Part shown: in pieces, positions 21,812 through 31,813 of the stretch
How the letters are laid out: each line of letters begins with the position of its first letter
Numbering within the stretch: the first letter of the stretch is position 1
Source: Acidobacteriota bacterium
GTDB taxonomy: Bacteria; Acidobacteriota; Thermoanaerobaculia; Multivoradales; Multivoraceae
NCBI GenBank assembly: GCA_026707545.1
Contig: JAPOWR010000001.1
Span: forward strand, 1,329,778 to 1,393,777
Reading direction: 5' to 3'
Length of the DNA stretch: 64,000 bases
Notes under the pieces: generated by a model
What the model was told of the DNA's origin: nothing
Database searches by the model: none
The model's input: the letters and a program-made list of their open reading frames with translations, nothing else
Program-made: the position numbers and the translations under genes

Positions 21812-23137
21812 ATGACTGAAGGGCGTGCAACGGGGCCTCCGAAGGTACTTGACGTTCGGGCTACGCTACGGGCCGCAATGGAGAAACTCGCTCCGGAGCA
21901 AGTCGGCGCACTGCTCCGCCCCGGCATGAGGGTCGCCGTCCTGGGCGGCTGCAACGAACCCCGCGGCATCGCGTCGGCGCTACATGCTCAACCCGAGGCG
22001 ACCGCGGGCGTGGAGTTCACGGTCACCCGCATCCCCGGCATTGCCTCGCCGACGCTCGCACCCTGGGCCGGATCGACGGTGCGGAGCTTCTTCGTCACCC
22101 CGGAGATGCGGGCCGGCTTCGAGGCCGGCTCCGTTCGCTTCGTGCCGATGCAGTACCGGCATGTCTGGGACGATCTGATGGCCGCGCCCTTCGACCTGGC
22201 GATCGCCCAGTTCACGCCGCCGGACGGGAACGGCGACTGCTCGCTCGGGATCGGCGCCGGCTTCCTGCCGGCGCTGCTGCAACGCCCGGAGATTCCATTC
22301 GTCGCGGAGTGGAACCGCTCCCTGCCCCGGCTGTCGGGCGCCCCGACTGTGCCGGCAAACCGCTTCGACTACGTCGTCGACACCGACGTCGAACCGCCCA
22401 CGCTTGCCAGCCGGAGCGGCCCCGCCGCCGAGCGCATCGGCGCCTTGGTCGCGGAACTGATCCGCGACGGCGACTGCATCGAGACCGGCGTGGGCGCGAT
22501 CCCGGGCGCGGTCCTGGCCGCCTTGCACGGGCACCGCGATCTCGGCTTTCACTCCGGCCTGCTGTCCGATGGCGTGATGGATCTCGTGGAAGCGGGGGCC
22601 GTCACGGGCGCCCGCAAGACGATCGACCGCGGGCGCCTGGTCGCGGCCATGGTCCTGGGCTCACCGCGCCTCTACGACTGGGCGACCCGTTGCGACCTGA
22701 TCGACCTGCGCACCGTCGACTACACCCACGACGTGCGGGTGATCGCCAGGCTGGACAACTTCGTCGCGCTGAACTCCGCGGTCGAGGTGGACCTCTTCGG
22801 CCAGGTCAACTCGGAGATGGTCCGCGGCCGTCAGATCAGCGGCACGGGCGGCGCCGTCGACTTCATGCGCGGCGCCCGGATGTCGGCCGGCGGACGCTCG
22901 ATCGTCGCCCTCGAGGCGACCGCCGGCGGAGGCCGCTTCTCCAGGATCGTCCCGGAACTGCCGCCGGCGCACGCCGCCACCGCGCTGCGGACCGACGCTG
23001 ACATCTTCGTCACCGAGTACGGCGTCGCCGAGGTCCGCGGACTGAACCTCGTCGAACGGGCCCGCCGGCTTGCGCGGATTGCGGCGCCCGAGTTCCGGGA
23101 GGAGTTGGACACCCAGGCTGCGCAGCTCTGTCGCTAG
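21812..23137 (+). CDS. Acetyl-CoA hydrolase/transferase family protein (CoA-transferase)
   Basis: 441 aa. Similar to the 4-hydroxybutyrate/succinyl-CoA:acetate CoA-transferase family (GxGGxxD-like motifs, SEMVRGRQISGTGGAVDF). Confidence 0.75.
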   Translation: MTEGRATGPPKVLDVRATLRAAMEKLAPEQVGALLRPGMRVAVLGGCNEPRGIASALHAQPEATAGVEFTVTRIPGIASPTLAPWAGSTVRSFFVTPEMRAGFEAGSVRFVPMQYRHVWDDLMAAPFDLAIAQFTPPDGNGDCSLGIGAGFLPALLQRPEIPFVAEWNRSLPRLSGAPTVPANRFDYVVDTDVEPPTLASRSGPAAERIGALVAELIRDGDCIETGVGAIPGAVLAALHGHRDLGFHSGLLSDGVMDLVEAGAVTGARKTIDRGRLVAAMVLGSPRLYDWATRCDLIDLRTVDYTHDVRVIARLDNFVALNSAVEVDLFGQVNSEMVRGRQISGTGGAVDFMRGARMSAGGRSIVALEATAGGGRFSRIVPELPPAHAATALRTDADIFVTEYGVAEVRGLNLVERARRLARIAAPEFREELDTQAAQLCR

Positions 23138-23237
23138 CCGTCGACGCGCGCCTGGCACAGCCGACCGAGGCTGACGCCTCGCCCGCCTCTCTCAAGGCCG
23201 GCGGGGACGCCGGCGCACCCGGTGACGACCTGACGCC

Positions 23238-23849
23238 CTAGGCTTTCGCGCTCGGCCGCGCCGAGACCGCCTGATGCCAGCGTAGGAGGTTCGGCGTCTC
23301 CTCCGTCACTCGGAACTTCGTCACGCGACCGAAGTCGATCCCGATCTGGGCCGTGATGTCGGCGATCGAGTACTGGTCGCCGGCGACGAACTCGCGGTCG
23401 GCGAGTTCCTGATCGAGCCAGGCCAGGCGCTTCGTCGCGTGGCGGCGCTGACTCTCGCCGTAGTCCGGGTACTGGTCGATGCGATCGGCGAAGTACGGGT
23501 GGGTGTTGCGGAAGACCTGCATGATCGGCACGGTGATCTCGAGCTCCATCCGGCGCTGCCACATCTCGATGCGGGCGACTTGCTCGGGGTCGCCACCGCC
23601 CATCAGCGCCGGCTCGGGCTGCAACTGCTCGAAGTAGCGGCAGATGGCGACCGACTCGGCGATGAACGTGCCGTCGTCGAGCTCGAGCACCGGGACGCGG
23701 CCCATCGGGTTCTTCTTCCGGAAGGCGTCCTGGCGGTTCTCGGCCTTGCCCACGTCGACCGGCACGACGGGAATCTCGATGCCCTTCTCGGCCAGAAAGA
23801 TGCGTACGCGGCGGCAGTTGGGGGTGGTGGCGGCTTCGTGTAGCTTCAT
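23238..23849 (-). CDS. Glutathione S-transferase
   Basis: Start at MKLHEAATTPNCRRVRIFLAEKG (ATG 23849..23847). Thioredoxin-like N-domain plus helical C-domain. Confidence 0.8.
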   Translation of the reverse strand: MKLHEAATTPNCRRVRIFLAEKGIEIPVVPVDVGKAENRQDAFRKKNPMGRVPVLELDDGTFIAESVAICRYFEQLQPEPALMGGGDPEQVARIEMWQRRMELEITVPIMQVFRNTHPYFADRIDQYPDYGESQRRHATKRLAWLDQELADREFVAGDQYSIADITAQIGIDFGRVTKFRVTEETPNLLRWHQAVSARPSAKA

Positions 23850-23926
23850 GGCGTGAGAGGTCTCCTGACGGTGGTGGGCGCGCAGTCTAACCGGATCCAA
23901 ACCCTGAAAGGCGAGGCGCATCACCA

Positions 23927-24724
23927 ATGATCGAACTCCTGTCCCAGCCGGCCTTTTGGGCGGCCCTGTTCTCGGTGACGCTGATCCAGATCGCGCTCGG
24001 CGCGGACAACCTGATCATCATCACGATCATCGCCAACAAGCTGCCGGAAGAGCGGCGCCAGCAGGCGATCCGGTTGGGACTGCTGCTGGCGATGGCGCTG
24101 CGCATCGTGCTGCTGCTGATCCTGAGCCTGGTGCTAGGAGCGGCGACCACAGAGCTCTGGCACTTCGATGGCGGGCTGCTCGGCGTCCAGATGGCCGGGA
24201 CCGTGGACGGCAAGTCCCTGGTGCTCGTGATCGGCGGGCTCTTCCTGATCTGGAAGGGTGTCAAGGAGCTCCGCGTCAAGCTGAAGGCGGTCGAGCACGA
24301 AGTCGCGAAGGCGAACAGGTTCGCCGAGGTCGTCGCGTTGATCGTCGGCATGAACCTCATCTTCTCGGTCGATTCGATCCTCACCGTCGTCGGCATGACG
24401 GACATCTTCGCGGTCATGGTCGGCTCCGTGCTGATCTCGGTGGCGTTGATGCTGGTCTTCGCCGGCCCGATCTCGCGCTTCCTCAGTTCGAACCCCGAGT
24501 TCGAGATCCTCGGCCTGTTCGTGCTCCTGCTGATCGGCTTCGTCCTGATCCTCGAGGCGGGCCACAGCGCGCACATGGTGGTCAACGGATCCCCCACGCC
24601 CTACATCCCGCAGTGGATCGTCATCTTCATCCTGCTCCTGATGTTCGCGCTCGACCTCTACCAGAACTGGTGGGAGCGCAAGCGTGACGTCGACACGGTG
24701 ACGCTGCACCGGCGGCGGAAGTAG
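23927..24724 (+). CDS. TerC family integral membrane protein
   Basis: 265 aa. GADNLIIITI motif, duplicated TerC-type repeats. Confidence 0.8.
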   Translation: MIELLSQPAFWAALFSVTLIQIALGADNLIIITIIANKLPEERRQQAIRLGLLLAMALRIVLLLILSLVLGAATTELWHFDGGLLGVQMAGTVDGKSLVLVIGGLFLIWKGVKELRVKLKAVEHEVAKANRFAEVVALIVGMNLIFSVDSILTVVGMTDIFAVMVGSVLISVALMLVFAGPISRFLSSNPEFEILGLFVLLLIGFVLILEAGHSAHMVVNGSPTPYIPQWIVIFILLLMFALDLYQNWWERKRDVDTVTLHRRRK

Positions 24725-24822
24725 GGGGAAGCCGACCGGCGCTTGCCCGGTGTACGATCGCCGGCCTCACGCCAGGTCCTGGCCGGCGAGGCCGACGCGC
24801 TCTTCTACCCTCTGGAACCACA

Positions 24823-25527
24823 ATGCCAGACAACGAGTCGACCAGCTCCTCCCTTCCCACGCTCGCCATGCTCGGCGCCACCGGCGACCTCGGCGGCGGT
24901 CTGGCCCGACGATGGGCGGCCGCCGGCTACACGATCGTCATCGGCTCCCGGTCGCGCGAAAAGGGCGCCGGTTCGGCTGAGGACGTGAACGAACAGCTTC
25001 GCGGGCTGGGCCTTCCAGCGACGGTCCGCGGCACGGACAACCTGACTGCGGCCCGAGAGGGTGACATCGTCGTGCTGACCGTGCCCTACGCCTTCCAGCG
25101 GGCGACGCTGGAGGGAGTGCGCGAAACGATCCAGGGGAAGATCCTCGTCGACTGCACGGTGCCGCTCGTACCGCCGAAGGTTGCCCGCGTGCAGCTCCCC
25201 GACGAAGGCTGCGCCGCGAACATCGCGCAACAGGCCGTCGGCCCCGGCGTGCGCGTGGTCTCCGCGTTGCAGAACGTCGGCGCTGCCCATCTGCGCGAGG
25301 AGGGCGCGGTCCATTGTGACGTGCTCGTTGCGGGCGACGATCCCTCGGCCCGCGCCGAGGTCATCGAACTGATCGAGGCGCTCGGCATGCGAGGCTGGCA
25401 TGCCGGACCGCTCGACAACGCGGCCGCCGCCGAGGCGCTGACCTCCGTCCTGATCCAGTTGAACCGCAAGTACGGCATCGCCGGCGCGGGCATCCGGATC
25501 ACGGGCGAACCGACCCGGACGCCCTGA
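24823..25527 (+). CDS. fno: NADPH-dependent F420 reductase
   Basis: 234 aa. LAMLGATGDLGGGLARRWAAAGYTIVIGSR Rossmann motif. Matches the Fno/NpdG family. Confidence 0.8.
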   Translation: MPDNESTSSSLPTLAMLGATGDLGGGLARRWAAAGYTIVIGSRSREKGAGSAEDVNEQLRGLGLPATVRGTDNLTAAREGDIVVLTVPYAFQRATLEGVRETIQGKILVDCTVPLVPPKVARVQLPDEGCAANIAQQAVGPGVRVVSALQNVGAAHLREEGAVHCDVLVAGDDPSARAEVIELIEALGMRGWHAGPLDNAAAAEALTSVLIQLNRKYGIAGAGIRITGEPTRTP

Positions 25528-25618
25528 AGACGCTCGGCAAGCGCTCGGCGAAGGCGCGACACTCGCCTGACGGAGGCGGATAGCCTTCGACCTTAGAGCG
25601 CCGGCGCCTTCACACACC

Positions 25619-26380
25619 ATGCTGAACATCAAGTCCGTCCCGGGCCTGCCCGAAGTCCAACCAGGGGACGACCTGGCGGTACTGATCGCCGAGGCCATGC
25701 GGCAGGCCCGGATGAAGCTGCGAGCCGGCGACGTCCTCGTCCTCGCGCAGAAGATCGTGTCCAAGGCGGAGGGACGGACCGTCGACCTCGCGAGGGTGGA
25801 ACCACGTCCCGAGGCCGTCCGGCTGGCGGCGAAGTGCGACAAGGACCCACGCCTGGTCGAACTGGTGCTCCGGGATTCGACGGCGGTGCTGCGCACCGCG
25901 CCCGGAGTCATCATCGTCGAGCACCGGCTCGGTCTCGTGCTGGCGAACGCCGGAATCGACCAGTCGAACCTGCGTCCCGGCGACGACCACGGGCACGCCC
26001 TGCTCCTGCCGGAAGATCCGGACGCCTCGGCGGCGGCCCTGCGCGAAACCCTGGCGGCGCACTTCGGAGTCGAGCGCCTCGGCGTGATCGTCAACGACAG
26101 CGTCGGTCGCGCCTGGCGGCTGGGCACCGTCGGGCTCGCCATCGGTGTCGCCGGAATGACCGCGCTCTGGGACCTGCGGGGTGATCGCGACCTGTTCGGC
26201 CGTGAACTCCTGGTCTCGGAAACCGGGATCGCCGACCAGGTCGCGAGCGCCGCCCAGATCGTCCAGGGCGAGGGTGACGAGGGCACTCCGGTCGTGCGCG
26301 TTCGCGGCCTCGGGCGGCTTGGACCTGCTCAGACCGCCCGCGACCTGCTGAGACCGCGCGAGCAGGACCTGTTCCGGTGA
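25619..26380 (+). CDS. cofE: Coenzyme F420-0:L-glutamate ligase (single-domain CofE)
   Basis: 253 aa. CofE signature regions (VLAQKIVSKAEGR, VLANAGIDQSN). Confidence 0.85.
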   Translation: MLNIKSVPGLPEVQPGDDLAVLIAEAMRQARMKLRAGDVLVLAQKIVSKAEGRTVDLARVEPRPEAVRLAAKCDKDPRLVELVLRDSTAVLRTAPGVIIVEHRLGLVLANAGIDQSNLRPGDDHGHALLLPEDPDASAAALRETLAAHFGVERLGVIVNDSVGRAWRLGTVGLAIGVAGMTALWDLRGDRDLFGRELLVSETGIADQVASAAQIVQGEGDEGTPVVRVRGLGRLGPAQTARDLLRPREQDLFR

Positions 26381-26393
26381 AGGCGGGTCTCTG

Positions 26394-27407
26394 ATGACGG
26401 AAGGCTCCCCAAGGCACTGCGTGGCGCTTTCCGGCGGTGTCGGCGGCGCCAAGCTGGCGCTCGGGCTGTCGCGTGTCCTGCCCGGGGACGCGCTGACCGT
26501 CGTCTGCAACACCGCGGACGACTTCGACCACCTGGGGCTCCGGATCTGCCCGGATCTGGACACGGTGATCTACACGCTGGCCGGCATCTCGAACCGCGTC
26601 ACCGGCTGGGGTCAGGCCCACGAGACCTGGTCCTTCCTGGAGGCGCTCTCCCACCTCGGCGGCGAGACCTGGTTCCGGCTCGGCGACCGCGATCTAGCGA
26701 CCCATGTGGAGCGAACCCGACGCCTCCGCGCCGGCGAGACCCTGACCGGGGTGACGGCAGCCCTCTGCCGGGCGCTCGGTATCGCCGCCCGCGTGCTGCC
26801 CATGAGCGACGACCCGGTGCGCACGGTCGTGCTGACGGAGACCGGCGAACTCAGCTTCCAGCACTACTTCGTTCGCGATGCCTGCACCCCGACCGTCTCC
26901 GGCTTTCGCTTCGACGGGATCGACGCGGCCCGGCCGTCCCCCGCCTTTCTGGCGGCGCTGGAGGACGACGCGACCGCGACGATCCTCGTCTGTCCCTCGA
27001 ACCCCTTCGTCAGCGTCGATCCCGTGCTGGCGCTAGACGGGGTCGAGGCGGCCCTGCGGCGGACGGGAGTTCCTGTCGTTGCGGTCTCCCCCATTGTCGG
27101 CGGCACGGCGATCAAGGGGCCCGCAGCCAAGATGATGGCGGAACTCGGGATGCCGGTCACCGCGGTCGGGGTCGCCCGGCACTACCGGGAACGCGACCTG
27201 CTCGACGGCTTCGTGATCGACGACGCCGATGCCGGCCAGACCACCGAGATCGAGGATCTCGGCCTTCCCACCCTGGTGACCGGCACGGTGATGGAGACGC
27301 TGGCCGACCGGGAACGCCTGGCCCGGGAGACGATCGACTTCGCCCGCGGCCTCGACCACGGGCGGGGCGACGTCGCGGAAGCCGTGTCGCCGGAACGGTC
27401 CGCGTGA
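26394..27407 (+). CDS. cofD: 2-phospho-L-lactate transferase (LPPG:FO transferase)
   Basis: 337 aa. CofD/FbiA family (ALSGGVGGAKLALGL, SNPFVSVDPVLAL). Confidence 0.85.
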   Translation: MTEGSPRHCVALSGGVGGAKLALGLSRVLPGDALTVVCNTADDFDHLGLRICPDLDTVIYTLAGISNRVTGWGQAHETWSFLEALSHLGGETWFRLGDRDLATHVERTRRLRAGETLTGVTAALCRALGIAARVLPMSDDPVRTVVLTETGELSFQHYFVRDACTPTVSGFRFDGIDAARPSPAFLAALEDDATATILVCPSNPFVSVDPVLALDGVEAALRRTGVPVVAVSPIVGGTAIKGPAAKMMAELGMPVTAVGVARHYRERDLLDGFVIDDADAGQTTEIEDLGLPTLVTGTVMETLADRERLARETIDFARGLDHGRGDVAEAVSPERSA

Positions 27408-28102
27408 CTGCCGGCGGCCTCTGGGCGGTCCTGCCGGTCAAGGCCTGGTCCGAGGCCAAGCGGCGGCTGTCGCCGGTCCTGAGCGCGCCGGAGCGGGAGG
27501 AGTTGGCGAGATCGATGCTCGACGACGTGCTCGACGCCATCGAGGGCGCGCCCGCCGTCACCGGCGCGCTCGGGGTAACCGCGGACGACGTCGCCGCAAC
27601 GTACCTGGAAGAGGCGGGCTGCGAGGTTCTGGCAGAGCCCAGGCGCGGCCTGAACCGGGCGCTCGGCACGGCCGCGGACGAGCTCGCGCGCCGTGGCGCG
27701 TCGACGATGCTCGTATTGCCGATCGACCTGCCCCTGGTCGTTTCGGCCGACCTGGAACAGCTCTGCGCCCGACACCTCGGGGCACGAGCGGGCACCGGCG
27801 GCGAGCCGGCGCCGCCTGCCGCGGTGACCGTCGCGCCGGACCGGTTCCGCTCCGGCACGAACGCGCTCGTCTGTTCGCCGCCGGGATGTATCCCGTTTCG
27901 CTTCGGCGACGGCAGCTTCCATGCCCATCTGCGCGAAGCGGAACGGGTGAAGGCCGCTCGTTCGAGCGTCGCGCTGCCGAATCTCGGCCTGGATGTCGAC
28001 CATCCGGACGACCTGGCGGAGCTGTTGCGACTCGACCGCTCCAGTCGAAGCGTCCGTTTCCTGCGTCGTACCGGCGTGCCGGAGCGGCTGGGTGCCCTCT
28101 GA
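27404..28102 (+). CDS. cofC: 2-phospho-L-lactate (or PEP/3PG) guanylyltransferase
   Basis: 232 aa, GTG start in GTGA overlap with the cofD stop. CofC/FbiD nucleotidyltransferase family (WAVLPVKAWSEAKRRL). Confidence 0.8.
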   Translation: MTAGGLWAVLPVKAWSEAKRRLSPVLSAPEREELARSMLDDVLDAIEGAPAVTGALGVTADDVAATYLEEAGCEVLAEPRRGLNRALGTAADELARRGASTMLVLPIDLPLVVSADLEQLCARHLGARAGTGGEPAPPAAVTVAPDRFRSGTNALVCSPPGCIPFRFGDGSFHAHLREAERVKAARSSVALPNLGLDVDHPDDLAELLRLDRSSRSVRFLRRTGVPERLGAL

Positions 28103-28163
28103 ACCGGGACTGATACCGTTCGCTATCCGCCGCGAGCTGGTTCCCTCCCCCGCCGTCTCCGCC

Positions 28164-30683
28164 ATGTCCCCTGCGCTCAGCACGTTTCTCGAACGCCGCC
28201 CGACACCGGTGGAAGCCCGCGCGCTCGCCGCTGTGGACGCGGGCAGCGGCCTCGATGAACTGATCGAGGTCGCCGGGGAACTTCGCGACCGCGGTCACGG
28301 CGACCTCGTCTCGTACTCACGCAAGGTCTTCCTGCCGCTCACCCACCTCTGCCGCGACATCTGCCACTACTGTGTCTTCGCCCGACCACCGAAGAAGGGC
28401 GAGGCGGCGTACATGCCGCTGGACAACGTCCTGAGCCAGGCGCGCCTGGCCGCGGCGGCGGGCTGCAAGGAGGCGCTGTTCACCCTTGGCGACAAGCCGG
28501 AGTTGCGGTACAAGGCCGCCCGCGAGGGTCTCGCCGAACTCGGACACGACACGACGCTTTCCTACTTGCGCGAGGCGGCGGAACGGGTGCTGATCGAGAC
28601 CGGACTCCTGCCCCACCTGAACCCGGGCCTGATGACCGCCGCGGACATCGAGCACCTTCGACCCGTGGCGCCCTCCATGGGCATCATGCTGGAGAGCGTC
28701 TCGACGCGGCTGCACGAGAAGGGTCAGGCCCACTACGGCTGTCCGGACAAGGTACCCGAACGGCGGCTCGAAACGCTGCGCCTCGCCGGCGAAGCGCGGG
28801 TGCCCTTCACCTCCGGCATCCTGATCGGAATCGGCGAGACCCGGGAAGAGCGAATCGACGCCCTGCTCGCGCTGCGCGAGCTGCACGGGGAGTATGGGCA
28901 CATCCAGGAAGTCATCATCCAGAACTTCCGCGCCAAGCCCGAGACGCGGATGGCGGACGCGCCCGAACCCACGCTAGAGGATCTACTGTGGACGATCGCC
29001 TCGGCGCGCCTCGTGCTCGGCCCGCGGATGCACATTCAGGCGCCGCCCAACCTGAGTCCTGGCGTCCTGCCGCGGCTCGTCGCCGCCGGCATCGACGACT
29101 GGGGCGGCGTGTCGCCCGTCACGCCCGACTTCGTCAATCCGGAAGCCCCCTGGCCGCACCTGGAGCGGCTCGCCGAAGAGACGGCCGCCGCCGGCAAGAC
29201 GCTGATCGAGCGGCTCACCGTCTACCCCGAGTGGGCGCTCGACGGGGGAACCTGGCTCGACGACGGTCGCGGCCGGAGCCGCGAGATCCGCCGCCTGGGC
29301 GGCGTACGCACCGCGGTGCTCCAGCGGATCGACGCCACCGGGTTGCCGCGCACCGACGACTGGTCGCCGGGTGAGCAGACGCCGCCGCCCCAGGACGTCC
29401 TCGACACCGTCACCGCGGCGCCTTCCCGCAACGGCAACGGCCACGCCCTCGCCTCGCCGCTGGTCCGGACGATTCTCGACCGGGCCCAGGCCGGCGAGGA
29501 GCTCAACGAGGACCAGATCACCACCCTGTTCGAGGCCCGCGGCGCCGATTTTTCCGCCGTCTGTGCAGCCGCCGACGCGGTCCGCCGCGAAGTCAACGGC
29601 GACACGGTCACCTACGTCGTCAACCGGAACATCAACTACACGAACGTCTGCTACTTCAAGTGCCAGTTCTGCGCTTTCTCCAAGGGCAAGCTGAGCGAGA
29701 ACCTGCGAGGCAAGCCGTACGACCTGGAACTCGAAGAGGTCATGCGCCGCACCGTGGAGGCCTGGCAGCGGGGTGCCACGGAAGTTTGCATGCAGGGCGG
29801 CATCCATCCCGACTACACGGGTGAGACCTATCTCGGAATCTGCCGCGCGGTGAAGGAAGCCGTGCCCGAGATCCACGTCCACGCCTTCTCGCCGCTCGAG
29901 GTCTGGCAGGGCGCCGCCACCCTCGACATCCCGCTCAAGGACTACCTGTTGCTGCTCAAGGAGGCTGGCCTGGGCACGCTGCCCGGCACCGCGGCCGAGA
30001 TCCTCGACGACGAGGTCCGCGCGGTCATCTGCCCTGACAAGCTGAACACCGACCAGTGGCTCGAGGTCATGGAAACGGCGCACGGCGTCGGCTACCGGAC
30101 GACGGCCACGATCATGTACGGCCACGTCGACGGTCCCCGCAACTGGGCCCGCCACCTGCTCCGTCTGCGTGACCTCCAGAAGCGCACACGCGGCTTCACC
30201 GAGTTCGTGCCGCTGCCCTTCGTCCACATGGAGGCGCCGCTCTACCTCAAGGGCCGCGCCCGCAAGGGGCCAACCTTCCGCGAGGCGGTACTCACGCATG
30301 CGGTCGCACGGCTCGCCCTCCATCCCTGGTTCGAGAACGTCCAGGCCTCCTGGGTCAAGATGGGCCCGGAAGGCGTGGCGGCCTGCCTCAACGCCGGAGT
30401 GAACGACCTCGGCGGCACGCTGATGAACGAGAGCATCACTCGCGCCGCCGGCGCCGAGCACGGCCAGGAACTCCCGCCGTCCGAAATGGAGTCGCTCATC
30501 CGCGAGCTTGGCCGCGTCCCGAAGCAGCGGACGACCGCCTACGGCACGCCGCCGCACGAACGCGTCGAGGCGTCATTCCAGGCCGCGGAGCTGGCCGCCG
30601 TGCTGAACACGCCGGCCCACCGCTACGAGCGCACCGGTCCCTTGCAGCTGGTGCGCCCGGGGCTGGAAGCGGACGGCAGCTAG
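28164..30683 (+). CDS. fbiC: FO synthase, bifunctional CofG+CofH (FbiC-type); alternative GTG start at 28092
   Basis: Two radical-SAM domains with CxxxCxxC motifs (CRDICHYCVF and CYFKCQFCAF). About 840-860 aa. The ORF as tracked starts at 27993, inside cofC. Confidence 0.85.
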   Translation: MSPALSTFLERRPTPVEARALAAVDAGSGLDELIEVAGELRDRGHGDLVSYSRKVFLPLTHLCRDICHYCVFARPPKKGEAAYMPLDNVLSQARLAAAAGCKEALFTLGDKPELRYKAAREGLAELGHDTTLSYLREAAERVLIETGLLPHLNPGLMTAADIEHLRPVAPSMGIMLESVSTRLHEKGQAHYGCPDKVPERRLETLRLAGEARVPFTSGILIGIGETREERIDALLALRELHGEYGHIQEVIIQNFRAKPETRMADAPEPTLEDLLWTIASARLVLGPRMHIQAPPNLSPGVLPRLVAAGIDDWGGVSPVTPDFVNPEAPWPHLERLAEETAAAGKTLIERLTVYPEWALDGGTWLDDGRGRSREIRRLGGVRTAVLQRIDATGLPRTDDWSPGEQTPPPQDVLDTVTAAPSRNGNGHALASPLVRTILDRAQAGEELNEDQITTLFEARGADFSAVCAAADAVRREVNGDTVTYVVNRNINYTNVCYFKCQFCAFSKGKLSENLRGKPYDLELEEVMRRTVEAWQRGATEVCMQGGIHPDYTGETYLGICRAVKEAVPEIHVHAFSPLEVWQGAATLDIPLKDYLLLLKEAGLGTLPGTAAEILDDEVRAVICPDKLNTDQWLEVMETAHGVGYRTTATIMYGHVDGPRNWARHLLRLRDLQKRTRGFTEFVPLPFVHMEAPLYLKGRARKGPTFREAVLTHAVARLALHPWFENVQASWVKMGPEGVAACLNAGVNDLGGTLMNESITRAAGAEHGQELPPSEMESLIRELGRVPKQRTTAYGTPPHERVEASFQAAELAAVLNTPAHRYERTGPLQLVRPGLEADGS

Positions 30684-31720
30684 AGCACGGCCTCCGCGAT
30701 CGCGTCCAACGCCTCCGGCTGCTGACAGCCGAGCAGCAACGAGGCGACCTGACCCCTGCCGCCGGCTTCCTTCCAGGCCGCCAGCCGGTCAATGATCCGC
30801 TCCTTCGGCCCGACGAGCGCGACGTCGTCGACCAGGGCGTCCGGAACGGCGCCGATCGCCTCGCTCCGCTTGCCGCCGAGGAAGTTGTCCTGGATCGCGC
30901 GCGCCTCGTCCGGATAGCCGAGACGCTTCGCGTAGTCGTTGTAGAAGTTCTTGTCGCGCGCGCCCATGCCGCCGATGTAGAGGGCCATGCTCATCTTCAC
31001 CGGGGTGCGGCACTGCTCGACGTCGTCGCCCATGACGACGGTGACGAAGGGCATGACCTTGAAGTCGTCGAGGCTCTTGCCGTTGCCGGCCCTGGCGAAG
31101 CCGCGGTCGAGAGCGCCCTCGAGCAGGTCGAAGCGCTCCGGGTTCATCCAGATCGGGAACACGCCGTCCGCGACCTCCGCGCTGCAGGCGAGGCCGTTCG
31201 GGCTGATCGAGGCGGTGTAGATGGGGATCGAGTCGTCCGCCGCCAGGATGCTCTTCAGGGGCTTGCCAAGGCCCGTGCCGTCCTCGCCGCGATAGGGCAA
31301 CTGGTAGTGGAAGCCCTCGTGGGTGACCGGCTCCTCCCGGGCGAAGACCTTGCGCATGATCTCGATGTACTCCTTCGTGCGGGTCAGCGGCCGGCCATAG
31401 GCCACGCCGTGCCAGCCCTCGATCACCTGCGGACCCGACGGCCCCAGACCCACCAGGAAACGGCCGCCCGAGAGCTGGTTCAGCGTCATCGCGGTCATCG
31501 CGGTCATCGCCGGACTCCGCGCCGGCATCTGCATGATCGCCGTGCCGACCTTGATCTTCTCGGTCTGGGCCAGGGTCCAGGCCGCTGTCGACACCGCGTC
31601 CGAGCCGTAGGCCTCTGCCGTCCACACCGACGTGAAGCCGGCGCTCTCGGCCCGTCGGATGCGATCGATGTCGATGTTGATCTGGCTTCCGAAGGCGCCG
31701 GCAAGCAGTCCGAGTTCCAT
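30680..31720 (-). CDS. LLM class F420-dependent oxidoreductase
   Basis: 346 aa. Similar to F420-dependent G6PD / methylene-H4MPT-reductase-like LLM proteins. Stop overlaps the fbiC stop (convergent). Confidence 0.75.
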   Translation of the reverse strand: MELGLLAGAFGSQINIDIDRIRRAESAGFTSVWTAEAYGSDAVSTAAWTLAQTEKIKVGTAIMQMPARSPAMTAMTAMTLNQLSGGRFLVGLGPSGPQVIEGWHGVAYGRPLTRTKEYIEIMRKVFAREEPVTHEGFHYQLPYRGEDGTGLGKPLKSILAADDSIPIYTASISPNGLACSAEVADGVFPIWMNPERFDLLEGALDRGFARAGNGKSLDDFKVMPFVTVVMGDDVEQCRTPVKMSMALYIGGMGARDKNFYNDYAKRLGYPDEARAIQDNFLGGKRSEAIGAVPDALVDDVALVGPKERIIDRLAAWKEAGGRGQVASLLLGCQQPEALDAIAEAVL

Positions 31721-31813
31721 GGACAGGTCTCCTTCTACGCTGGTTCTCTGGCGGTTCCGGGATCGAAACGCGCGCGAGCGTAGCAGCCCACGCTCGGCGC
31801 ATAGACTGCGGCC

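Noticed and set aside
23190-23220. GCCGGCG-GGGA-CGCCGGC hairpin between convergent CoA-transferase and GST genes, considered as an intrinsic terminator
   Set aside because: 7-bp stem without a flanking T/U-tract on either strand. Indistinguishable from chance GC-rich palindromes. Not called.
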